Assembly (NCBI GenBank): GCA_963767925.1
Contig: CAVYGB010000010.1
Location: 960,001 to 1,024,000, forward strand
Length of the DNA: 64,000 bases
Origin: an uncultured delta proteobacterium
GTDB lineage: Bacteria; Myxococcota_A; Polyangia; Fen-1088
Reading direction: 5' to 3'
Made by a program: the position numbers and the translations under genes. Numbering within the stretch: the first letter of the stretch is position 1; every line of letters starts with the position of its first letter. Below are positions 46,558-55,635 of this stretch, one piece after another. The notes beneath the pieces are model-generated. The model was not told the DNA's origin and made no database searches. It saw only the letters and a program-made list of their open reading frames with translations.

Positions 46558-49500
46558 GGCTGGTGCGGCTCTCGGTCGAGCACTTCCAGTGCATCCGCGC
46601 GGCCGACCTCGACTTCGGGCGGGGCCTCAACGTGCTGTTCGGGCCCAACGATCTCGGCAAGTCGAGCCTGGCCTGGGCGATCCGGGCGGTGCTGCTGCTG
46701 CAGCACAACGCCGCCGCCCACGAGCGGTTCGTCTCCTGGTACGGCGACGGCGAGCCGCGGGTGGCGCTCACCCTGTGCGACGACGAGGAGCGCTACTGGC
46801 GGGTCAGCAAGACCTTCGGCGGCGCCGGCTCCGGGCGCTCGCACCTCGAATCGTCGAAGGACGGGCGCACCTTCAGCACCGAGGCCTCCGGGCGCCAGGT
46901 CGACGACCGGCTGCGCACCCTCCTGCGCTGGGGGATCCAGCGGCCCGGGGGCCAGGGCCCGCGCGGCTTCCCCTCGAGCTTCCTCACCCAGGTGCTGCTG
47001 GCCGAGCAGAACGACGTCCCCAGCGTGCTGTTCGACGGATCGCTGGTGAAGGACCCCGACGACTCGGGCCGCCTGCGCCTGACCGAGGCGCTCAGCGTCC
47101 TGGCCCAGGATCCCCTCTTCAAGAAGGTCCTCGACACCGCCCAGGAGCAGGTCGACACCGCCTTCACCCCGACCGGGCAGCGGCGCCGGGGCAAGGGCTC
47201 CCCCTTCGTCGAGATCGCTGACCAGCTCGCTACCATGCTGCGCGAGCGCGACGAGCTGGAGGAGAAGGTCCGCGAGACTGCCGCCGCCGAGACCCGCGTG
47301 CGGCAGGTCAGCGGCGAGCGCGACGAGCTGCTGCGCAAGCTGGAGGAGGCTCGCCTCGAGCTGGCGGCGGCGGAGACCCAGCTCGCCGCCCGCCAGCGGC
47401 GCGAGGCGCTGCGGACCCAGCGAGACGCCGGGCTCGCCGCCGTGCGAGCCGCCGAGGACGGGCAGCGCCGGATCGACGCCCTCGGCGAGGAGGTGCCGCG
47501 GCTCAAGGCCGCGGTCGAGGTGGGCGAGGCCGGGCTGCGGGCGGCGAGCGAAGGGGTCGCAGCCAGCGAACGCGCGCGCGACGGGGCCCGCCAGCGCTTC
47601 GACGCCCTGGCGCACGAGGATCGCGCGGCCGACCAGCGGCTGCGCGCGCTCGAGGAGGGCCAGCGCGCGGCCGGGGAGGCCCTGCACCTGTCGGAGCGAT
47701 CGCTCGAGCGGGCCAGCGAGGCGTTGCGCCTGGCGGGCGAGGCCGCCACCGCCGTCGCCCAGGCAGCGGGGCTGGCCGGGACGGCGGCGGAGGAGTCGGC
47801 GGCGGCCGAGGCGGCGGTGGCCCGGGTGGCGCCGGAGGTGGTGCGCGCGGGCCAGGAGGTCGAGGCGGCGCGGGGGCGGCTGCAGGCGCTGGCCAGCGAA
47901 GATCGGGCCCGGACCCGCGAGCGCCAGGGGGGCGAGCTCGAGCACCGCCGCCTCACCCTGGAGGCCCGGCGGGCGGCCGCGGCCCGGGCGCTCGAGGTGG
48001 CGGTGGAGGCCGGCCGGATCGCGGCGGCGGCCGAGGCGGCGGAGGGCCTGCGCGGGTCGCTCGGGCAGCAGGTGGCCGCAGGGCAGGCGGCGCTGGCCGG
48101 GCTGGAGCAGGCGCTGGCGGCGCTCCTGACCGAGCGCGGGCGGCTGGACCAGGTCGAGCGCCACGCCCGGGCCACGGAGGTGCGCGCGGCCCTGGCGGCG
48201 GCGGGGCAGGCGGCGGCGACGGCGGAGGCCGAGCGGGCCCGGGCGGTCGCGCTGCGCGGCCGGGCGGTCGCCCTGCGGGCGGAGGTCCCCCCCGAGCTGC
48301 CTCCGGCCGCGGAGATCGCGGCCCTGCGCGCGCTGCGGGACGACCTGCGGGTGGCAGAGGCCCGGCTGGGCGGCGGGCTGTCGGTGACGGTGCGGCCGCG
48401 GCGGTCGCTCGCCCTGCGCTTCACGATCGACGGCGAGGCCCGGCCGGCGAGCAAGAGCGCCGAGGAGGTGGTCCTGACGGCAGAGAAGACGCTGGCCGTG
48501 ACCATCGGCGATCTCGTCGAGGTCGAGGTGACCGCCGGCGAGGAGAGCGCCCGCCAGGCCGCGACCAAGCTGCGCCGGCGCTGGACCCGGCAGGCGGCCC
48601 CGCTGCTCGCCCGGCTGGGGGTGGAGGCCGTCGAGGGGCTCGAGGCCCGGCGCGAGCAGGCCGAGGCGGCCCTCCGCTCGGCCGGCGAGGCGGAGCGGGA
48701 GGCGGACGGGATCGAGAAGGCGGCCAGCGCGCGGGATCAGGCGGGGACGGTCGCCGACCTCGGCAAGCAGCTCGAGGAGCTCGAGCGGGAGCTCGGCGAC
48801 GCCGATCGGGCGGAGCTGGCCCGCCTGCTGGCCCAGCTCGGCGAGCGCTGGCCGGCCGCCCGCAAGCAGCGGCTGGCCGAGGTCGAGCGCGGGATCCAGA
48901 CCGGCCAGGCCGATCTGGCCGGACAGCGCGATCAGGTGACCCGGCTGCAGACCGAGCTCGAGATCCGGGTCCGCGAGGCGGAGGCCCGCCGGACCGAGGC
49001 GACCCGGGCCGCCGCGGACTTTCCTGACGGCCCGGCCGCGGCGGCGGCCCGCCAGCAGGAGGAGGTCACCGGCGCCGAGCGCGCGCTCGCGGGCCTGGCC
49101 AGCGAGCTGGCGGCGTTGACCGGCGACCGATCGGGGGAGGAGGACTCCGCCCGCGCCCAGCTCGCCGACGCCGAGCGGCTGCTCGCCTCGGCCCAGAAGG
49201 AGCGCGACGCGCTCGGCGCCCGGGCGCAGGCCCTTCGCGACCGGGCGCTGCAGGCCACGACCCGGCTCGGCGACGCCCGGGCCCGCGCCCGCGGGCTGGA
49301 TCCGGAGGGCGTCTGGGCGGCGGCCCTGGAGGCGCCCGCCCCCGCGCTGTCCCTGGCGCCCTGGCAGGCGGCGCTCGCCGCGGCCGAGGCGACCCGCGAC
49401 ACCCGCCGGCGCGAGCGGGCCGCCGCCGCCGAGGAGATCACCCGGGTCGGCGCCGAGCGGGCGGCCGCCATCGGCGACGCGCGCAAGGCGTTCGAGGCGA

Positions 49501-50435
49501 GCGAGGAGCGGACCCGCGCCGCCCGCAGCCAGCTCGATGGGCGGCGGGCCGAGCAGGCCCAGCGGCAGGACGCGCTGGCCCGGACAGGAGAGGCCCTCGC
49601 CGAGCTGCGCATCGCCAGCGCGGGCAGCAACCTCGAGGAGGCCCGTCGGACCGTGGGCGCCCTCGAGGCCGAGCTGGCCGCCCTCGGGGCGGTGGCGGGT
49701 AGCGTGGATGCGGCCGGCGTCGCCGGGCTGCGGGCGGCGCTGGATCGCCTGGCAGCCCAGGTGCGGGACGGCGAGACCGAGCTGGCCAAGGCGCGCGGCG
49801 CCCTCGAGCACGTGGGCGGCGCCATCGTCCGGGAGCGCCAGCGCGACCTCGACGGGGCCATCGTGCAGGCCCGCGAGCGGGAGCACGAGACCGAGATCGC
49901 GTTCGACGGCTGGCGGCTCCTCGTCGACACCCTCCGCGCCACCGAGTCCGCCGAGGGCGCCCACCTCGGCCGCGCCCTGGCCGGGCCGGTCAGCGCCCGG
50001 TTCCGGTCGCTCACCGCCGGGCGCTACGGAGCGCTCGAGCTGGATGCCCACCTGGAGGCCACCGGCCTGCAGGTCGCGGGCAACCTCCGCCAGATCGCCG
50101 CCCTGTCCGCCGGCACCCAGGATCAGCTCGCCACCTTGCTGCGGGTCTGCATCGCCGAGCAGCTCCAGAGCGCCATCGTCCTCGACGACCACCTGAGCCA
50201 GAGCGACCCCGAGCGCATCGCCTGGTTCAACGCCGTCCTCCGCGAAGCCGCCCAGCAGGTGCAGATCATCCTCATCACCTGCCGCCCCTCGGAGGTCCTC
50301 ACCCCCGACGAGCTGCCCGCCACCGGCGAGGTGGCCCGCTCGGGCGCCGCCGGCCTGGTCCGGGTTGTCGACATGACCAAGGTGATCACCCGCGCCGGCT
50401 CCCCCCCGCCCCGGGAGCCGCCCCCCGGCGCGTAG
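46554..50435 (+). CDS. Rad50/SbcC/YhaN-like SMC-type coiled-coil ATPase
   Basis: Walker A GPNDLGKS, Q-loop LAEQ, about 900 aa of coiled coil, signature LSAGTQDQ, Walker B IVLDD, ILITCR. Confidence 0.9.
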   Translation: MRLVRLSVEHFQCIRAADLDFGRGLNVLFGPNDLGKSSLAWAIRAVLLLQHNAAAHERFVSWYGDGEPRVALTLCDDEERYWRVSKTFGGAGSGRSHLESSKDGRTFSTEASGRQVDDRLRTLLRWGIQRPGGQGPRGFPSSFLTQVLLAEQNDVPSVLFDGSLVKDPDDSGRLRLTEALSVLAQDPLFKKVLDTAQEQVDTAFTPTGQRRRGKGSPFVEIADQLATMLRERDELEEKVRETAAAETRVRQVSGERDELLRKLEEARLELAAAETQLAARQRREALRTQRDAGLAAVRAAEDGQRRIDALGEEVPRLKAAVEVGEAGLRAASEGVAASERARDGARQRFDALAHEDRAADQRLRALEEGQRAAGEALHLSERSLERASEALRLAGEAATAVAQAAGLAGTAAEESAAAEAAVARVAPEVVRAGQEVEAARGRLQALASEDRARTRERQGGELEHRRLTLEARRAAAARALEVAVEAGRIAAAAEAAEGLRGSLGQQVAAGQAALAGLEQALAALLTERGRLDQVERHARATEVRAALAAAGQAAATAEAERARAVALRGRAVALRAEVPPELPPAAEIAALRALRDDLRVAEARLGGGLSVTVRPRRSLALRFTIDGEARPASKSAEEVVLTAEKTLAVTIGDLVEVEVTAGEESARQAATKLRRRWTRQAAPLLARLGVEAVEGLEARREQAEAALRSAGEAEREADGIEKAASARDQAGTVADLGKQLEELERELGDADRAELARLLAQLGERWPAARKQRLAEVERGIQTGQADLAGQRDQVTRLQTELEIRVREAEARRTEATRAAADFPDGPAAAAARQQEEVTGAERALAGLASELAALTGDRSGEEDSARAQLADAERLLASAQKERDALGARAQALRDRALQATTRLGDARARARGLDPEGVWAAALEAPAPALSLAPWQAALAAAEATRDTRRRERAAAAEEITRVGAERAAAIGDARKAFEASEERTRAARSQLDGRRAEQAQRQDALARTGEALAELRIASAGSNLEEARRTVGALEAELAALGAVAGSVDAAGVAGLRAALDRLAAQVRDGETELAKARGALEHVGGAIVRERQRDLDGAIVQAREREHETEIAFDGWRLLVDTLRATESAEGAHLGRALAGPVSARFRSLTAGRYGALELDAHLEATGLQVAGNLRQIAALSAGTQDQLATLLRVCIAEQLQSAIVLDDHLSQSDPERIAWFNAVLREAAQQVQIILITCRPSEVLTPDELPATGEVARSGAAGLVRVVDMTKVITRAGSPPPREPPPGA

Positions 50436-50438
50436 CTG

Positions 50439-50783
50439 ATGATCTCTTACGAGGGCCGCCGTTTCCGATCGGTCTCGAACTCCGCCGGGGGCGACGTCGG
50501 CGCCGCCACGACGTTCCACTACCACCAGGAGGGCGACCTGGTCTGGGCCACCTACGCGGGCGGATCCGTCCAGCTCGGCACCCTGCTGGCCCGGGTCGAT
50601 CCCGCCGGCAACCTCGACATGCGGTACCACCACGTCGCCACCGACGGCACCTTCAAGACCGGCCGTTGCCAGTCCCGCCCCGAGCTCCTCCCCGACGGCC
50701 GCCTCCGCCTCCACGAACGCTGGCAATGGACCGACGGCAGCGAAGGCGAGGGCGCCTCGATCATCGAGGAGATCGCCCCCTGA
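50439..50783 (+). CDS. small beta-rich conserved hypothetical protein
   Basis: 114 aa with normal GC3 bias; TFHYHQEGDLVWATYAGG...LHERWQW; starts 3 nt after the SMC-like gene stop. Confidence 0.75.
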   Translation: MISYEGRRFRSVSNSAGGDVGAATTFHYHQEGDLVWATYAGGSVQLGTLLARVDPAGNLDMRYHHVATDGTFKTGRCQSRPELLPDGRLRLHERWQWTDGSEGEGASIIEEIAP

Positions 50784-50839
50784 GGTTCTTCGCCAGGTAG
50801 CACGAAGAGCGAGACAACGGGCGTTCTCGAGCCGGCGAG

Positions 50840-50978
50840 CTGCGGATCGGCCTGTGGAAGCTGGAGTACACGCCGGTGGGCGCCAGCCGCCTGCTGCTGG
50901 AGACCTCAGGTGGCGCGGCTGCGCGGCGCCCTGGTGGGCAGCAACTTCGTGGTGGCGCCCTATCTGCTGTGGCGGTGA
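50840..50978 (+). pseudogene. possible decayed C-terminus of a DUF2127-like membrane protein
   Basis: LRIGLWKLEY...LLLE / LRGALVGSNFVVAPYLLWR* resembles, from memory, the DUF2127 end; frameshifted, no start. Confidence 0.3.
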
Positions 50979-50993
50979 GCGTTCAACCGGCCT

Positions 50994-52049
50994 TCAGGGG
51001 CAGATCACGATCTTTCCCGACACCCGGCCGGCTGCGAGCCGGCGGTGCGCGTCCGGCACCTCGGCCAGCCCGATGCGCTCGGCGACGAGCGGCCGGATGG
51101 TGCGCTCGGCGAGCATCCGGAAGAGCACCTCGAGATCCGCGCGAAACCAGGCGGGGTGGCGCTTGCGGAGGGCGACGATCGAGTAGAAGCCGGCCGTCTT
51201 GCCGTTGGGCAACAGGTCCCAGAGCCGCAGCCGCACCAGCCACCAGGCCACCTTCACGAGGCGCGCCCCCTCCTTCACCGCGGCCGACAGCCCGAAGGCG
51301 CTCAGCCTCCCCCCGCGCCCGACCGACGCCCACGAACGGGCGAAGCCCTTCTCCCCGACTCCGTCGAAGACCACGTCGAAGCCGCCCGGCCCGAACACCG
51401 GCCCGTCCTCGCGCTGGAAGTCGAGCGGCGTGGCGCAGAGGGAGCGCACCAGCTCGGCGTCCGCCGCGCGCGCCGTCCCCCACACGCGCAGCCCTGCCCG
51501 GGCGGCCAGCACCAGCAAGGCTTGACCAACGGCCCCCGCCGCCCCGTGAACCAGCACCCGCTGGCCCGGCTCCACCCGGGCGTGCCGGTGCAGGAGCTGA
51601 TACGCCGTCGTCCAGCTCAAGATGAGCGCGGCGGCCTGCGCCGAGTCCACCCCCTCCGGCACCCGCACGACCCGGTCCGCGCGCAGGGTGCGATAGCGGG
51701 CATAAGAGCCGATCATCGTGAGATCGGCGACCCGCTCTCCCACGCGAAAGCCGGTCACGCCGGGCCCCAGCGCGTCGATCTCACCGACGACGTCGTAGCC
51801 GAGGACCAGCGGCGGCCGCTGCTTCAGGTCGGGATACTTTCCTTGCCGCAGGACCAGGTCGGTGAACTGCACGCTCGCCGCGAGCACGCGCACCCGCACC
51901 TCCCCCGCCTCCGGAGTGGGCATCGGCGCGTCGTCGAGCAGGAGCTCCTCCGGCCCCCCGAAGCGCCGCAGCAGCAGCACCTCCTGCCGTCTGTTCGCCG
52001 GGTTCGAGGCCGGCGCGGCGAGGCCAGCGCGCGTGGGCTCTCCGTTCAT
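50994..52049 (-). CDS. medium-chain dehydrogenase/reductase (quinone oxidoreductase-like)
   Basis: FGGPEEL, PLVLGYDVVG, VLVHGAAGAVG, FDVVFDGVG, GKIVI; GAGGA RBS. Confidence 0.9.
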   Translation of the reverse strand: MNGEPTRAGLAAPASNPANRRQEVLLLRRFGGPEELLLDDAPMPTPEAGEVRVRVLAASVQFTDLVLRQGKYPDLKQRPPLVLGYDVVGEIDALGPGVTGFRVGERVADLTMIGSYARYRTLRADRVVRVPEGVDSAQAAALILSWTTAYQLLHRHARVEPGQRVLVHGAAGAVGQALLVLAARAGLRVWGTARAADAELVRSLCATPLDFQREDGPVFGPGGFDVVFDGVGEKGFARSWASVGRGGRLSAFGLSAAVKEGARLVKVAWWLVRLRLWDLLPNGKTAGFYSIVALRKRHPAWFRADLEVLFRMLAERTIRPLVAERIGLAEVPDAHRRLAAGRVSGKIVICP

Positions 52050-52181
52050 GGCGTCTTCCTCGGGGTGCGGTTTGTCCACCCGCCCACCATGCCGCGCCCC
52101 GCCCCCGCCCGCGATGGCCCTGCCCGCCAGAAAGCTCGCGCTCGCCGCCAGGGCGGCACGGACGGGACGGCGCGCGGATCG

Positions 52182-52877
52182 CTATTTTGTCGCGACGGAT
52201 CGCCCTCGGGGCGCTTTCCACCGCCGGTGGCCGTCCACCAGTCTCTTCTTCTGCCAGCCGGGCGGAGGTCGGCGGCCCGGATCGGCCGTCGCCACCAGCG
52301 AGTTGTCCACCCAGCGGGCGCTACGAGGGCGCACGTCGACGTGCACGAAGCCACGACGGGGATAAAACCCGATGCCCATGTGGCCGCTGTCGAGGGACTC
52401 CACGTAGGCGAGCAGGCTGGCCGGCGACACCCCCCGGACGAAGATGTCCGTCGCGGTCCCCCGGTAGTGGAAGCTGCTCGTGTTGCGCTGGTAGCGGTAG
52501 CCCGAGGTCACCAGGATGGGACGATTGCCGAAGTGATCGTAGACCTGGGAGAGGATGGCGAGCAGGCGTGGGTCGACGCCCTTCTCCAGGTTCGTCCGGG
52601 GGCAGCGCAGAAAATGCGAGACCGCCTTGAGCGCGCGGACGTTGTAAGAGCCGTCGGCGTTGTAGATGTTCACCTTGACCGACTCTCTCCGGATGAAGTG
52701 AGCCAGGCGGAGATTGCCGGAAGGCCGGGACGGCGACAGCGTGACGTTGTCGCCCACCTGCGGGAGCCCCACGTGGTCGGGAGGCTGCGGGACGGCATGC
52801 GCGAGGAGGACGAGGCCGATGACGCTGACCGGACTGATCACCCCGGAAGGCTCGATCCGCTCCCGCCTGTCTGTCAA
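52182..52877 (-). CDS. YcbK/DUF882 (peptidase M15) family protein
   Basis: HFLRC, VDPRLL, VTSGYR, SFHYRGTATDI, GIGFYPRRGFVHVDVR; start uncertain. Confidence 0.85.
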   Translation of the reverse strand: MTDRRERIEPSGVISPVSVIGLVLLAHAVPQPPDHVGLPQVGDNVTLSPSRPSGNLRLAHFIRRESVKVNIYNADGSYNVRALKAVSHFLRCPRTNLEKGVDPRLLAILSQVYDHFGNRPILVTSGYRYQRNTSSFHYRGTATDIFVRGVSPASLLAYVESLDSGHMGIGFYPRRGFVHVDVRPRSARWVDNSLVATADPGRRPPPGWQKKRLVDGHRRWKAPRGRSVATK

Positions 52878-53392
52878 CAGGGGAGTTTCGGGGCCTCTTC
52901 GATGTCCGGCCGCGGTTACCTACGGCCCGCTGGGCCGTAGCGGCCTCCCGGAGCGCGCGTCGGTGGTGGCGGTTCAGGCACCGAGCGTCGGGGTCACTTC
53001 GGGCGGATCACCTCGACCACCTGGAAGACCTCGGACTTGACCAGCTCGTGGTTGCGGGGGGCGGCGTCGACGAGGCGACCGGGCGGCTATTTCGGAGCCA
53101 CCGATCCACGGCTCCGGCGCGTCGCTGGGCCGGTCTATCGGCCGACAGCGTGCGGTGCGGAGGAGAGAAAGCGGTCGGGCCACGAACCGGTCGAGCTGCG
53201 CGAAGGCGGAGCGGGCCGGGCCCCCCCTGCCAGGCGCGCGAAGCCGAGCGGGCCGGGAATCCGGAATCCCCGGCCAGGGGGCGAGGGTCGCTGGGGCTGG
53301 CAACCCGGCCGAGGCGGACGGGGGAATCAGGGGGGGGTGGGAAGGTGCGACGTGGGTTTCTGGGGCCGGGGAGTCGGCGTATATTGGCGGCC

Positions 53393-54151
53393 ATGTCGAC
53401 CGGCCCGTGCGTGACCTCTTCCCATCCTGTTCCCGGGCGCCTCGGGATCGTTCTCGCGCTGGCGTTGCCCCTGGTAGCGCTAGGGGCCTGTCAGCGGGAC
53501 CTGGACCCCGGGAGGGGGGAGCCGCCGCCTGCACCCGCCGCGCCGCCGGCGGTGGGGGCGCCCCCCGCGGTCACCCCGCCCGCCGGGTCGCCCACCCCGC
53601 CCGCCCAGCCGGAGCAGGGACCAGCGCTCTGGAAGGCGAAGTTCGCCACCACGAAGGGTGAGTTCGTGATCGAAGTGCACCGGGACTGGGCGCCGAACGG
53701 GGCCGACCGGTTCTACAACCTCGTGAAGGCGGGCTTTTACAACCAGGTGAAGTTCTTCCGGGCCATCCCCGGCTTCATGGTCCAGTTCGGCATCAACGGC
53801 GACCCGGCCGTCAGCCGGGCCTGGAAGAGCGCGCTGATCAGCGACGACCCGGTGGTCCGCTCCAACACGCGCGGTTTCATCACCTTCGCCACCGCCGGCC
53901 CCAACACGCGGACCACCCAGGTCTTCATCAACCTCGTCGACAACGCGCGCCTCGATCCGCGGGGCTTCTCCCCCTTCGGCCAGGTCGTGTCGGGAATGGA
54001 GATCGTCGACAGCCTCTACACTGGCTACGGCGAGGGCGCCCCCAGCGGTATGGGCCCCAGCCAGTCGAAGATCGAATCGGAAGGCAACCCCTACCTCGAC
54101 CGCGACTTCCCCCGCCTCGACGCCGTCCAGACCGCAACCATCGTTCCCTGA
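53393..54151 (+). CDS. cyclophilin-type peptidyl-prolyl cis-trans isomerase, lipoprotein
   Basis: Lipobox LGAC, Pro-rich linker, WAPNGADRFYNLV, FFRAIPGFMVQFG, GPNTRTTQVFINL. Confidence 0.93.
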   Translation: MSTGPCVTSSHPVPGRLGIVLALALPLVALGACQRDLDPGRGEPPPAPAAPPAVGAPPAVTPPAGSPTPPAQPEQGPALWKAKFATTKGEFVIEVHRDWAPNGADRFYNLVKAGFYNQVKFFRAIPGFMVQFGINGDPAVSRAWKSALISDDPVVRSNTRGFITFATAGPNTRTTQVFINLVDNARLDPRGFSPFGQVVSGMEIVDSLYTGYGEGAPSGMGPSQSKIESEGNPYLDRDFPRLDAVQTATIVP

Positions 54152-54313
54152 GCCGCACGGGAGGATCCCGCCCGTCGCGCTCCCGGCCCGTCGCGCTTCC
54201 GGCCCGCCGGCGGGGCCGCCGCCTGCGCCAGCGGGGCGCCGGAAGCTCCGCGCTCTGGCTCCGGCGCTGGCGCTGGCGCTGGCGCTGAAAACGCGAAGCA
54301 GAGTCGCAGTTGG

Positions 54314-54421
54314 GGCGGTGGGCATGTGGGCAAACGCGTCCGCGCGTCTGCGCGTCCGCTCTGCGCGTTTGTCCAAGGGGTGTGGGCAGTCTGCTGTCCA
54401 CACCCCGGCATGTCCACGGCC
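54314..54421 (+). repeat. nested inverted-repeat (three-way-junction) element upstream of the HUH transposase
   Basis: Stems 54314-26/54409-21, 54327-38/54364-75 and 54377-89/54394-406, each containing TGGGCA paired with TGTCCA. Confidence 0.8.
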
Positions 54422-54535
54422 CACCCCCACCCGAGCGCCCCCCCTTCCCTCTCCTCCGGCGCACGTCCCCCTATCCACGCCGCCACTCCATCCCATCTCC
54501 CAGACTCCGCCCGCCCATCCGACGGGACATCTAAC

Positions 54536-54564
54536 TTGAAACTATGCCGCAACCAATCTAGTAT
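54536..54564 (+). promoter_or_regulatory. sigma70-type promoter of the HUH transposase gene
   Basis: TTGAAA-17 nt-TAGTAT in an AT-rich patch, 12 nt before the ATG. Confidence 0.6.
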
Positions 54565-54576
54565 TGCCTCATTCAA

Positions 54577-55254
54577 ATGAACGGCCAGCAACGTTGCGCT
54601 CAGCTCGCCTTGCCCCGGACGTCCGGGTGGGGTGGGAGGCGGAAGGGGGCCGGGAGGCCTCCGATTCCCGGGCCGCGACGGCCGGCGCCGCATCGGGCGC
54701 GGGCGCCTCACAAGGGCGCTCATCCGTTGCACGTGACGTTGCGGGCCAGGGCGGGGCTCGTCTCGCTGCGGAGCAAGCGGGTCTTCAGGACGTTGCGGGA
54801 TTGCTTTCGCGCGTCGAGCTCAGCGGTCTTCCGGGTAGTGCAGTTCTCGGTGCAGGCCGACCACGTGCACCTGCTTGTCGAAGCGGACGACAAGGCAGCG
54901 CTGTCCTCCGGCGCGCGCGGCCTGGTCATCCGGAGCGCGCTGGCCATCAACCGGGCCTGCCAGCGCCGCGGACATATCTGGGGCGACCGCTATCACGCGC
55001 GCGAGCTGGCGACGCCGCGGGAGGTGCGCAATGCGCTCGTATACGTTCTCATGAACCACAAGAAGCACGGCCTGCGCGACCATGGGCACATCGACCCCTG
55101 CTCCTCGGCCCCCTGGTTCGACGGCTTCCGCGTCCCGCTCGCGCCGCCGAGCGCCCCCCCGGCCACCTGCTTCCCCCGCACCTGGCTCGCCACCGTGGGC
55201 TGGCGCCGCCGCGGCCTCATCGACCCCACCGAGTCCCCGAAGACCCTCCAGTGA
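54577..55254 (+). mobile_element. HUH Y1 transposase, REP-associated tyrosine transposase (RAYT)/IS200-like
   Basis: PLHVTLR, FSVQADHVHLLVEA (HUH), IWGDRYHAREL, ALVYVLMNHKKH (catalytic Tyr...N), DPCSS. Confidence 0.85.
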
Positions 55255-55635
55255 GTGGGCCCAGCCTTCGCCGCTGGGCGGGCGCCAGGCAGGGGGAAGG
55301 GGGCGACGCTGAGGGTGGCAAAGGGCTGGGGCGCAACAGCGGCGAGGGGCGCGCCGGATCGGGGGACTCCAGACGCAGAGGCAGAGCCGGAACAGAGCTC
55401 GAGGCAGAGGCAGAGAGAGGGCAGGAGGCGGGGACGACGGGAGGCGAGCGGATCGAGGAGATTCCCGCGGGGCGCGGCGACCGGAATATCGGGACCTATT
55501 CAAGGGCGCGGCGGCGCGAACAGGATCGCCGACACAAGGAGCGACGGCAGGCGGTGGCAGGCGATTTTCCCGCTCCTCGATCCGCCGAGTCAGTCGGGCG
55601 GTGCTTCCACCGGGGCAGTCGGGGCCGGGGGGGAG

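Noticed and set aside
46515..50726. Long antisense ORFs (also 57825-62228, 37271-40222, 15855-17690, 51045-52940 and others)
   Set aside because: Shadow ORFs opposite real genes in high-GC DNA, with no motifs; only the last 176 aa of 57825-62228 (def) is real.
52994..53195. Possible structured ncRNA between ycbK and the cyclophilin gene
   Set aside because: Hairpins exist (53093-53116, 53123-53150), but the closing stem has mismatches on either strand. Part of the region reads as a gene remnant on the minus strand (NHELVKSEVFQVVEVIRPK*), and such stems are expected at this GC content.
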